From Girardia tigrina (lineage: Eukaryota): DNA of 51,442 bases. Within the stretch, counting starts at the first letter, position 1. Each line of letters opens with the position of its first letter. Below the pieces are notes generated by a model. It was not told the DNA's origin. It searched no databases and was given only the letters and a program-made list of their open reading frames with translations. Positions 25,400 to 37,799 of this stretch are shown piece by piece. The position numbers were made by a program, and so were the translations under genes. The stretch is from contig MQRK01243178.1 in the NCBI GenBank assembly GCA_001938485.1, positions 1 through 51,442 of the forward strand, in the 5' to 3' direction.

Positions 25400-25520
25400 C
25401 CTCTCATAATCTTTGAATACCTGTTAAAACTTGTCAAGAATTCTTTTAATTTGTACTCGGATCCATCAAATGTTTCTGGACTTTTAATGTTCGGAGTCAC
25501 GTGGTGTGAAGTTTGACATT
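25400..25520 (-). mobile_element. Gag N-terminal fragment, same family as 22577-22790
   Basis: HHVTPNIKSPETFDGSEYKLKEFLTSFNRYSKI. Confidence 0.55.
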
Positions 25521-26099
25521 TGACAGAACATATATGACATTCACATTTTATAACATCTTTATAACATCTTATAACATGTTCTTTAAATAAACTTCTTATT
25601 TTGCATTTAGTATTATTTTTATATTTAACAGATAAATAAGATGCAACAAATAAATAAATACATGACACAAAAAATTAAATCGGCATATCTCGAAAAAAAT
25701 TATACAACAAAACTACAAATTAGTAATGTCTAGAGAAATTACAATAGTACCCCGCCGAGAAGAGCGGAAATATAATCCAAATACAATATAATGCAATTTA
25801 CAATACAATTATTTTGGATTATATTTCCAATGAACGTTATCTTAAAACATTACACTGTTCAATAAAAGTTATATATATAATAACATTACACTGTCTAATA
25901 AACACTGTCTAAATATATAAAAATAATTTTATAGCTTTTTATTAATTTATTTTAATGTATCACTTGTAGTAAATAGACACAATGCGGGAATTTGAAATGT
26001 AGATTCTTCAAATAAAGAACAGGGCTGGATTTTGAATTGGTAATTCTCTAAATATAGTCGATTTTTGGTATAAAATCATGTAAAATGTTTTATACTTTA

Positions 26100-27919
26100 C
26101 TGGCTAGCCTAGGTTAGTCCTGGCTATCTTAGGATAGGTTATACCATATCACCAATATTAGTATACAATCTATTGAAGTAATAAATGATTAGGGTCAACA
26201 TATTAATACTATGGATATATATGAATATGAGCGATATGTAGTCTGTTACGTAATAAAAAGATGTACAATTGTGCAATTATTCAACCTTGTCGTTGACTGT
26301 GATGATTTATGTTATGTATATCAATATATCACTAGAGGTAATTATACTACAAGACATGTATTACATATCTTCATCATTGAAAAAATGCATATATTACATT
26401 ATTTTACATGAAAATCATGTATTTGTCTATCTTTTTCAGTAATTTATGTAAATTTTTAAAATTCATTCTTACAAAACCTATAAATAGTTTACACACTACA
26501 TTTAGATTATAGCCTGCCTAGGTCTGGTGCATGCATATAACACATAGATTGCATTTACTTCGATGATTCAAGTTTCAGTGTGCTATATAACCATGATATG
26601 TTACAAATAGATAATAATATAATATATAACATGTAAAACATCATGGAAACATTTGAACTGTGTTGTGAATCATATAAGTTGTGATCACAAGTTGTAACAA
26701 TATAATATATATGAAACATATGTATATTAAAATGTTCTCTTTTTGAAAGGTTCATAAGGTTAATGGTTGATACAATTAGGGTCACTTTTTATTGCTGTTA
26801 AGGTAGATTTGAAGGTTTTTATATTCAAATGGCTGTTCATTAGGTGATTTTGATGGTTGATGATATGGTTGTTAAGGTATATTTGATAGCTGATATTGTA
26901 CTTTTAACGGTTGATAAAGTATGGTTGATGATATATCTGATAAGATATATGGTAATTTTGATGGTTGATGATATGGCTGGTAAGGTATTTTTGGTGTTTC
27001 ATATGTTAAATTTGAAGGTTGATAGCATGATGGTAATGTTTGATAATATAGTTCTTTTAGTACTTTATATATTATTCAGCATTTTCTGTATTTTTTACAT
27101 GTTCAGCTGTGTATTGATATGATGAATGCAATACGTTGACATAAAGGATGCATGACGATATCACCTTGGATACGGTCATGTTTTGAATGGTTGATACGAT
27201 ATTGGTTGATAACATAGTATAATATCATAATATAATACATATCTATAATTTCATATTTGCACACATAATGTGCATATATTCGAAAAAGCACTACGTATCG
27301 ATTTTTTCAAAAATGTTGATATGGAATCTGACTACTCATATATGAGTTACTATCCATGTGTTCAAACATATTTTTCATATTTTGCTTGCTTCGTCTTATA
27401 TACCCTATGAGAGTTCTCCCTCCCTTTACACTATAAAACACAGCATCTCAATAAAGCACTATGTATTGATGTTTTCGAGAATCTAAGATCATATTCCGTC
27501 TATTTACCTATGGGTTTCTCCCTAGGGTTACATGTGTTCAGAGAGATTTTTGATATTTTGCTTCCTTGAACCTGTATACCCTATGAGAGTTCGACCCCAC
27601 TTTACACTATATTATATTAAAACATATAGTGCACTTTGTACAATTGTGAATTTATTGATTTTGTACACTTGTACTAAGCTTAATTGTACTTTAATTAAGC
27701 TTAAGCTTAATGTGCAGCCTTCCTAGGCTTAGTGCAGTATTGATTAGCACATGTGCAGTATTGATTAACACATGTGCAGCCTAAGCAGCACATGTGTAGT
27801 ATTGATTTTTGCACTTTTTGTGTAATTTGGACAGTTTTTAAATGTTTTCCATGATTTTTAAGGTGTTTTTCATGGTTTTTAAGATAACAGTGATGGTTTC
27901 TAAGGTGTTTTCGACTGTT

Positions 27920-27952
<33 letters not shown>

Positions 27953-28876
27953 AATGTTATGTAACATGGTTACGGTAACCATGATACTTTGATAGGTGAT
28001 GCATTAGATGATTATGCAGATGTTATGTATTATATTGATGCATGTTTGAAGTACAACAGGAGTTTTTACAAGTCGTTTTAACATGTAAAATAAAAAGTTA
28101 TGTATCTTGGTTACGGTAACCATGGTACTTGTGATTATACTTGTGTACATTAGGAGATTCATGAGGTATTGTTTGATGGTAAATAACATACATATATCAT
28201 AGGGGTTTCATATATATACGAAAAAATAGATTTTTGAGCACTTTTTTGAGAATTTCAGAAATGTTCGAAAAATTCGATTTATCAGCACTTTTTCGTAAAT
28301 GTTGATGTGGAATCTGAATGTGTGCGTATATGGGTTACTATTCAAGTGCATCAGCACATTTTGGATATTCTGCTTCCTTCTGACTCTAAAATCGGTGTGT
28401 ATTTTGTGTAAATTTACACATTATGTTAATTATAGGAAAAAGTAATCAATATATGAAATTTATAATTGCACATTAAGATAGAGAATCAAAATGTACATCA
28501 AACACAAGATATCGATTTGTGACATTAGTACCTTTAAAAAAATTTATGTATTGATTTTTGCACTTTTGCACATGTGCAGCGTAAAAAGCACTGTGCTACC
28601 ACATTAGAAATGTGCTGCAAAATGTGCCCTATCGATTAGCACTTTAAAAATATCTATTAACACATCTGGGCACTGTGCAGCGATCAATTAGCACTTTTCT
28701 TCGGTTGCTATGGATACGGTAACCATTACCATGGTTACAACTACCTTGAATCACTGTATCCGTTGCTAATGAAAAACGTCCCTTGGTTACAGTTGCTATG
28801 GTAACCGTGACCGTCGCCATGGTAATGGGCTACCCTCCCCCGGGGGTTGGTGGAGAACATACATTTTCCCCCTACT
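26100..28876 (-). mobile_element. Orphan terminal/subterminal arm of the Polinton-like family
   Basis: Ends cattttccccctact at 28876. Collinear with 38950-42302 and 20100-21367; non-coding. Confidence 0.85.
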
Positions 28877-29390
28877 CATGTCACCTATTCATTCCTCAAC
28901 TGGCATCTGCTAGCAAGGGCAATGTAAAGAAAGCTGTGTCTGGTGGTCATCTGTTCATGACAATTGACGAAGCTGATGTCAGTGGATATAAATATATAAA
29001 CGTTTTGGTGGGTACGGTGGTGGCCCCAAATAAGTCGTAAATGCTGGACTGCATCCCTATTGCAGGTACCATGAACAACCAAGTTATTTGTCATACAGTG
29101 GATGATATGATTCAATTCCTTGAAATCCCAAAGGATTGTGGAAAGGAGTGTTTCCATACTGAAAAGAATTTTGCGAGGTAATCGCAACTTTGACGTGGAA
29201 AATGTGCGATACTATGCACTGCTGAATTTTAATTCCGCTATTTGAATATTTTTACTCTATATGTTATTAATAAAATTTTTGATATACTTGTTATCTTAAC
29301 TAATTCTTTTAGGTTAAAAATAAGTCAAAATATAGGAATAATAAAGTCAAAATTTTGATTTTTTAGGTCAAAAAAAGGCCACCCTACTCA
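28877..29390 (+). mobile_element. DDE transposase fragment (CGGBP1/hAT-related) with a probable element end
   Basis: LFMTIDEADVSGYKYINVLVG...NNQVICHTVDD resembles the first catalytic IDETTD..G...NVLVG strand. Confidence 0.5.
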
Positions 29391-29886
29391 TCATTATCTT
29401 TCTGCCATCTGAATTCTTTTCATTCATCGTCAAGGGCTAAGATTCTTGTTTTAATTTTTCCTTTCTCAGCTTCTTCGTGCATCGTCTGACATTGTACACA
29501 CATTTCGCAGGAATTCCTCGACATTGCATCGGCGTTAGAGTGTTTTTCGCCTTTTCGGTATTCCATTTTCATATCCAACCCACTAAGGAAATTTATCCAA
29601 GTTTGAAACTGTGGGGTTATTGGATTCTTTGTCGTCAACATAAATGTAATGGCTTTGTGATCCGTTCTTAATAAAAATTTCTTGTCGTAAAGATAGTGTT
29701 TAAAGTGTTCTTTAAAATAGTAGATTGCCAACAGTTCCTTTCTCGTAATACAGAATCCCAATTCATGCTTGTTCACTTTGTGGAATCCACTCTTTCTCTT
29801 GTATATCTTTCTGTGATAGCACGCTCAAATGGTATCAAAGCTGGCGTCTGTATCCAATATGAACTCATTTTCAAAATCTAGATATA
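29391..29886 (-). mobile_element. Gypsy RNase H region
   Basis: FILDTDASFD, CITRKELLAI, RTDHKA, NADAMSR; related to 5520-5970. Confidence 0.9.
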
Positions 29887-30820
29887 CTAGTTGGACAGGA
29901 AGCCGTGTCTCCGCGATATTTTAGAAAGAGAAGAATTGTTTTTCAATGTGCATGTCGGTTGAAAAGTGCTTTTCATTTTATTGAACAAAATATTCAGCGG
30001 AATCCCATCTCGTTTACGCAATTCTAATGTGGCGATATCCCAACCGAGAAAATGATGACACGCATCTTTATCTGCCGGCGCACTCTTTATCGATGTTATG
30101 AAGAATTCAGGCACAAATTTTAAATTGGTTGAACAAATGACTTTCAGTTGTTCATCTTTATATTGGCTTTTAACTTAATGTCCGAATTTTTCCCACATTT
30201 TCATTATTTTTGTCAATTTATTTCTATATATTTAAATCGCCGTAAAATTATTTGAAGACTTTTATTTGAAGACCTTTTATTTTATTGACAAAATTCTCTT
30301 TTTTACATTGAAATTGAAAATTGACGATTGTTCACAAAAAGAGACAGATTGGAGCATTTATTTTTTTTAAGCTAATTTTTAAAATTGTGATAACAATTCA
30401 CAAAATTAACACACATAAAAAACATACAGTCATCCAATCAATTATTTACATTTCATCAAACACAAACACAAACACAGTGGTAGACAGAGAGAGACAAGCC
30501 ACATATTAATTACATTGCATTCCAGTACAATGAGGCTCACCATTTGTTAATAATTTTTACTTTATCGATTTCTTTGAGAACCCATGAATACATTTAAAGA
30601 TTCGGGATTGGAATTTTTGAAATATGCCAAAATAAATTGTGTAACTCATTATTAAATTAGTATTTCGATCCTTTTGCTAATTTAATTTTTATTTTAATAT
30701 ATTTTATTTAAATTATTTAATTTATTTAATTTTTTTCTTTTTTTTTAATTTAATTATATATTTTATTTACTTTCCTGAAACTGGCAAAAATGTTCGGTCA
30801 AATCAACTAATTCTCCGCTC
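29887..30820 (-). mobile_element. Unclassified insertion splitting Gypsy RT from RNase H
   Basis: Interrupts the RT-RNase H connection; short degenerate ORF, family not recognised. Confidence 0.4.
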
Positions 30821-32740
30821 CACTAGTATTAGTGTTTTGATCATTTTATCCTTTAATTTTTGAAATGCCTTGTTACACTCTTCCGTCCATATTATTTTTT
30901 TATCTTTATTCTTTCCACACAGCCCTTCCAATACTTTTGAATATTTTGCGTAGTCTTTAAGAAATTTTCTGTAATAGTTTGTTAAATCCAATAATCTTCT
31001 TAAGTGTTTAACACATGAAGGGTTCTGAAACTTTCTAATCGCATCGATTTTTGTCTGATCTGTTTCTATGCCATCTTTGCTGATCACGTATCCTAAAAAC
31101 TTTGTCCTTTCAACCAAGAAGTGGCATTTCTCAGGGTTTATTCTTAGACCAGATTCCTTTATTTTACTAAATACATGTTCAATTCGTTTGAGGTGTTACT
31201 TTGTATCTTTCGTAAAAATTAAAATATCGTCCAAATATACAACTACATCTTTCCAGTTCAATTTGCCCAAAACTTTTACCATTAGTTTTTGGAACGTTGC
31301 TGGTGCCTCCGCAATTTCGAACGGCATTCTCTTGAAACAGTATTGACCATTCTTTGTTGAAAATGCTATTTTGATTTTTGATTCATCTTCCAGCTCTACT
31401 TGATGGTATGCGCTTCCTAAGTCGATCGTGCTAAAGTACTTTGCTCCATTTAGTGTGTTTAGTATCTCTTCTACATTTGACATTGGAAAAGCAGGTCTGA
31501 CCGTGATTTTGTTTAATTGTCGAAAATCTACGCACACTCCTATGTCCTGTTTCTCCTTTTTCCAAACACATACCAGAGGGAAATTCCACAAGGAACTGCA
31601 CTTTTCGATAATATCGTTTTAATCATAATTTCTAATGATATCGTCTAATTTTTCTTCGAAATGTTCGGCTGTCGATACGGTTTCACTAATACCGGTTCTC
31701 CATGCGCTTCGACTTTATGTTTTGTCAGTAAGGTTCTTCTAATATCCCATTTATCGGCCATAAATATTGATTTATATTCTGTGAAAAGTCCCATTATTTG
31801 GTCGTCAATTTTATTTTCGTACAGCTCTTTAATTCTTTTTAGTCTATCCTCATCAGAAGGGCTATCTCCTAATACTAATACATTTTCTGTGTGAGGCGTT
31901 TCTTTCTTCAACTTTATTCCAAATTTGTCCAAAAAATCTACACCGTTTATCATTTCCGGATCTAGATCTTTACAAAAAAATCAATCGTTTTCTCTAACCT
32001 TTTAATTATCACTTTTAGTTGCACAATTCCATAGTTTATAAGTTCCGAATCATTTGCACAGTGTATTCGTCTTTTTGTTTCTTTTATTTTGCTATCTTTC
32101 ATATCTTTGATAATCTCTGCTTTAATAACATTGACTCGGGCCCCTGTGTCCAACAGGCAATGTCCACTTTTATTCTTTATGCGAAATTCTATACTTGGTC
32201 GTCCATTCAATTCTTTATAATTTATGTTAAACATTAGTATTCTCAATACATCTGCATTCTTTTTTCTCTTCTTCGATTTTCATATTATCCCATTTTCCAT
32301 CATTTCCACCATGTTCACCATTTAGTATACATATCTCCAGAGGAATATTTTTAAACATATCATCAAACATACAATTACATACACATTCATACATAAAATC
32401 AATCATACATCTACATTTACTTCCTATTGTAGCACACTGATCACTTCTCCCTGTGATCGTGCATCCTCGTTTCCCTTCTCGCCTCTGAATTTCCCATTGT
32501 TCGTGAAGTAATCTCTTCTTTAACATATTCCCTTCTATCTGTTCTTTCGGACATTCTGTCCCATTCCACATTTCGTTCTCCTAATTCAGCCACTGAATAT
32601 TTTCTGTTTGTCTTTGAACTTCGCTCTCCATATTTCACATTCGTATATTTTCTCCTGTCATCTCTTCCAGTCTTTCCGTTGTCCCGTTTCCATTGCTCCC
32701 GTTTTCTGAATCTATTTGGATTTTCATAGCATTGTGTTCT
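30821..32740 (-). mobile_element. Gypsy gag end, protease and RT, degenerate
   Basis: CLLDTGARVN, CVDFRQLN, YFSTIDLGSAYHQV, YLDDIL, FLGYVIS. Confidence 0.92.
32432..32475 (-). promoter_or_regulatory. Putative -1 ribosomal frameshift signal (gag/pol)
   Basis: G GGA AAC, 6-nt spacer, hairpin gcac-gatcac/gtgatc-gtgc; conserved at 37448-37491. Confidence 0.6.
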
Positions 32741-34505
32741 ATAAATTGTTATTTGACGTTTAGAAATAAAATTAAATTTATCAACTAAGAATGATGTCTA
32801 ACTATGAAAGTTTTATGGGGAATTCCCTAGCGGCGATTCATTTTGTGATACAAATAAATGTATTAAAAATCCAATTAGTGTTCTTAATACTTATAATTAC
32901 AGATGGGGTAGAATAATACGAAGAAATATATTTTAATATTAAACAATCGATTATTTTTTGTAAATTATTAGTTTACTTTGAATTTATTTGAATTTTTATA
33001 AGGATTATATAATTTCTGAAAAGGATTAAAACATCCCAGAAATAATATATTTTAATACTATACTTGTTTTGTTAAACACTATAAAACATATTTTGTATAT
33101 GTAAACTTCAGTCAATTATTTGTAAAATCCATCTAAAATTTTTATAGATTTAATGAAAGAAGAGCAAAATTAATTATGAGTTTGATATAATAATATTTGC
33201 TATGTAATACAAAAAAGCTAATCATAGAATGACAAATATTATAATTCACTAATAAATTCATTATTAATATGTTTTAGACTGGACGAATTTTTACAGATGG
33301 AAAAGATTTTAAAGATCGAGTTATCGTTTATCAAGATAACTTTTATGGTAAAATGTCTGTTATTTTGTCTCAGACAAAAACTTCTCTTGCTCTTTTGAGT
33401 AAATGTGGAAATTATTTGGGGTCGCAGTGGGATATTAAGTGAGTACAATTCTTTTATTACTGAATTTTATTCAATATAATGTTAAGTTTTTTATATAATT
33501 TGTTTTTATGAAAAGTATCAAAACAATTATTTAGAGGTGAAGTTTATGAGTCTTTAAACTCAATTTAAAATAAAAAAACTTATAAAAAATTATTTGTATT
33601 TTGATTAATCTCATATAAAATATCTGGTTTGCTTATGGTTTTTATAGTGTTTTTATTTATGGTTTGCCTAACCCTTTCAATGCGATTTATCAATTAATAA
33701 ATATAAAAGAACTAGTCCAAAAAAGAACAAGTATGAGCTATAATTATAGCTGTAACTTGTGTATATAAACTTGTCTAAGCCTCAAACTACAAAGTTCAGA
33801 AAATATAAAGAGGAACATATATAGGAATGCATTCTGGATTATACAAATGATACGAGTTCCCAGTAATTGAGTACCGGTCGGATCTGCTATATTTCTTTTG
33901 TATTGCAATCTTCAAATTCTACAAATTTTCAACATTTCTTCAGGCCCTGTAGTTCTGCATTTACTTTGGCATCATACACTTGGGCCGATGCGTATTCCTG
34001 AAGCACTGTTTTGAACCCATGACACCTGTCTTTCCTTCCAGTACAATTTTACTGAGAAGCATGAACCACCAAACCCCCCCCCGTGAAATCCTGATCACTA
34101 TTTTTTACAAGCGGTGATAGCACCCGTTCGATCATTGCTATTTCATCTGACTCTTTTTGATCTATTGTTGATTCTGAATGGCATCAACAGTGCTGTTGAT
34201 TTAGACTTAATTTTTACGTCCTGCAGAATCTCCTAATCCAACCAGTCTGACCTACTCCCTGGGTACCAAATTTAATCTGTGCTTCGTCAGCTGTGACATA
34301 GGCACCACTCAACCCACATCCTACTCATACCTGAAAACCGCTCAATTCCATTTCTACCCAACTGTCATGTTTAAATTTGATCGGGCTGATAAATATTTCC
34401 GGCTCGATCCATGTGGTCCGATTTTACTAGTATTTACGAAGTCCTTGACTGCACTTTAACTACTTGCAGTGTCGCAAAATTTTTTAATTCATAAAAGTTC
34501 ATATA

Positions 34506-36060
34506 CACGGTGACGCAAAATAAACTCCAAGGTACTTTTCTATTGGATCTTTTTATCCACCTACTTTTTTATAGGTAAAGTATACATTTTTAGAATCCTG
34601 AGCGTCGCCAAATTCTGATGGTNNNNNNNNNNNNNNNNNNNNNNNNNNNNNNNNNNNNNNNNNNNNNNNNNNNNNNNNNNNNNNNNNNNNNNNNNTTTTT
34701 ATTCCATAAAAGCATAACAACAATTAATTATCGAATTTCAACTTGTCCTCCATCTCTAAGAAAACATTCATGCAAACGTCGTCTGTAGTCGGCCACAACA
34801 CGTTCACGAAGTGCTCGATCTCCACGGATTTCATTGGCAACTCCTTCAATCGCTGCTCTCAACTCTTCGAGTGTGCTTGGACGTTGTTCGCGATGATAAA
34901 TTCGACCTTTCATGTAGCCCCACAACCAATAGTCACATGCTGTAAGATCTGGCGAGCGAGGTGGCCATGTAACTGGAGCAGGATGCGCCCGTGTTCTGCA
35001 ACCTATCCATCGATTTGGAAACTGTTGACTCAACAATTCAAGAAAATCTCCAAGAATGTGTGGCGGAGCACCGTCATGCTGCTCAATGAGAGAATTGAAA
35101 TTCGGCCAAGTTTGAAGCTCTGGAATAACGTGCTCTTGATAGTCATCCAACGACCATTGATTCCGCGCTCATTTCCTTGTCGCTCCCAAAAATATGGGCC
35201 AACAACACCTTCGACACCAATTCCCATCCAAACTGTCAATTTTTGAGGATGAAGTCGACGAACATCAAACCAATGAGGATTATCATCGGCCCTCATGATC
35301 CAGTCTTGACGATTGACGCATCCGTCCAAATGAAAGTGGGCTTCATCCGTAAAAAGAAGATTGTTGAGTCTGTTTGCATCTTCATCCAATCGATCCAATT
35401 CGGTTCGAGCAAACTCAATTCGAGCGGCATAGTCGGTCTCCTCCAAGGCATGTGCCATTTGAAAATGATAGGGACGCATCTGTAAGTCTTCTTTCAAAAT
35501 TCGCTGCAAGCTTCATTGTGACATACGAACTGTTCCGTGATCGTCTTCTTCGCTGTCAGTGTCGTCAGTTGAAGCAAATGGATTGCGTGGAGTTGATAGA
35601 TGAGGATTTGCAGTAAAGGCTTCACGGACATCTTCAATGGCTTCTTTGATGCGAACACGTTTTGGCTTGTTCTTTCCGCGCTTTCCATGGACACTTCCAG
35701 TCGCTCGAAAATCGTCAATCCATTTTACAATGATTCTTTTTTCCGGAATCTTTGCTCGACCATTTCTTGTTTCACTTCGGAATCGAGTTTTGAGCTGCGC
35801 ATAATCATAGGCTTCCTCAANAAGCATCAAAACGAGATGAGCTTTTTGCTGATCCGTATACGTCATTTGAATCAAATTTTAGGGTAAAACTTTCTAAGTT
35901 CATTTAATAAAACGCTTGTTAAATTTTTCGTTTCAAAATTTTTTTTTAATTTTTGATGTTTTTTTTATTTTTTTATTTTTTTATATACCATCAGAATTCG
36001 GCGACGCTCAGGATTCTAAAAATGTATACTTTACCTATAAAAAAGTAGGTGGATAAAAAG
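34506..36060 (-). mobile_element. rosa-like Tc1/mariner element with long TIRs and frameshifted transposase
   Basis: TA|CACGGTG end; TIR homology 34547-34622 vs 35987-36060. Motifs DDFRATGSV, FTDEAHFHLDG, QHDGAPPH, WPPRSPDLTACDYWLWG. Confidence 0.9.
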
Positions 36061-36119
36061 GTGGATAAAAAATATGTAATGTTTAAATTTATTTTTAATT
36101 TCAAAAAATTTTAAAATAC

Positions 36120-37790
36120 AACTAATAGAGAAATTGGTAGAGAAAAAGCTAGGTAAGAAAGAACTATCAAATTTAGTATACGCTAACTTGATAGATGATG
36201 ATGATGTACAAAAACAAATAGCCATTCAAGGTATCATGAAATCTGATGAGATTGAAGAAATACAAACAAGAATGTTTGAAAACGAGAAAAAGAAAAGAAA
36301 TGCACCAGTGGCAGCATATAATACAAGCAGAGAAAATGAATGGAAACCAGTGGAAAATAAAAAGAGAACAAGACCGCGGAATAGAGAAATTCCAGAAGAT
36401 ACAAGAAGAAATTTGAGTCAGGAAAATTACTTGTTGGGCATGTCATGATGAAGGACATGTTAGAAGAGATTGTCCAAATGTGACATGTAATCATTGCAAT
36501 AAAAAAGGACACATAAGAACACAATGTTATGAAAACCCGAATAGGTTTAAGGAACGCGAGCAATGGAAACGGGATAATGGAAGAAATCGTTGGGAAAATG
36601 ATAGGAAAAATTACTCGAATCAAAGATATAGAGACCGGTCAACGTACACAAATAGGAAATATTCAGTAGCGGAATTGGACGAATTAGACGATGAATTGTA
36701 TGAAGGAGATAACTCTTCAAGACGGTGCTATACCGACGAAACCAATAGAAAAGAAGATCTAAAAGACAGTTTAATATTTGGGAAATAAATAATTTTCGAA
36801 ATCTTCTTTTATGACCAAAAATTAATGGACTCCGTGAATTCAATTCAAAAAAGAAACTAATAGCGCTCAAAAAATTAATTTTATTTCATATAAACAAAAC
36901 AATTAATTTCCATTCTTTAAATACTTAACAGTAAAATAATTAATTAATCTTTTTAAAATAACTTTCCTTCATACACAATAAAAATAATAATTTTTTATCT
37001 TTCTTTCCATATTTAAAATCGGATATTTTCATACAAGTTTTAAAATAACATCGAGATAAATCATGTCTTTATACAGATTTCCAAAAACTAGTCAAAAATA
37101 CTAAACTGTCGTTGGAGGTTCAACTTCTATTTAAGAAATTGACAAATAATCATAATAACGACTAGATACAAAATATTTATACTTTTTCATCGGAAAAGAA
37201 TAAAAATCGAGCACAAATATCAAAAAATTTCATTGTTCACACTCTTCAACAAATTTCACAACAAACTAATGCCATCTCTCATTTGCAATTTGCAAGGCAC
37301 CACACATCAATTTTTACACTAATGAAATTATTAATTTTTTAATTAAATTAAATTTGATTTATTACGCTTCCAAGCAATGCCTCGCTCGCAATATGTTACC
37401 ATAGACAGGATTATCCCCGAGGTTTTCAGAAAATTCAGAGATGATCAGGGAAACTAGGATGCACGATCACAGGGAGAGGTGATCAGTGTGCTTCATTAGA
37501 AAGTCAATGCAGATGTATGTTTGATTGTACATATGAATGTGTGTGTGATTGTATTTTTGATTGTATGTATGAAAATATTCCTCTAGAAATGTGTGAATTA
37601 GATAGTTTGAATAAAGAAAATTATGAAAAATGTGATAGCATGGATTTTGAAAAAGAAAGAAAGGAAAGAAATATTACAACAGATATATTAAAAATAGCAA
37701 AGTTTGACATAAATTATACAAAAAATTGAAAGGACGGCCAAGTGTAGAATTTCGTATAAAAGATAAAAATGTTTAAAGCCTTTTAGATAC
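36120..37790 (+). mobile_element. Gypsy gag/protease start, second copy inverted relative to 32150-32740, with ~635-bp insertion (36756-37391)
   Basis: Two CCHC knuckles CWACHDEGHVRRDC, CNHCNKKGHIRTQC; NRKYSVAEL shared; Cys-rich pol start shared. Confidence 0.85.
37448..37491 (+). promoter_or_regulatory. Putative -1 ribosomal frameshift signal, second copy
   Basis: gggaaac taggat gcacgatcacagggagaggtgatcagtgtgc. Confidence 0.6.
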
Positions 37791-37799
37791 AGGAGTAAG

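Noticed and set aside
33820-34370. GC-richer decayed coding-like block
   Set aside because: Stops in the frames examined; no convincing motif.
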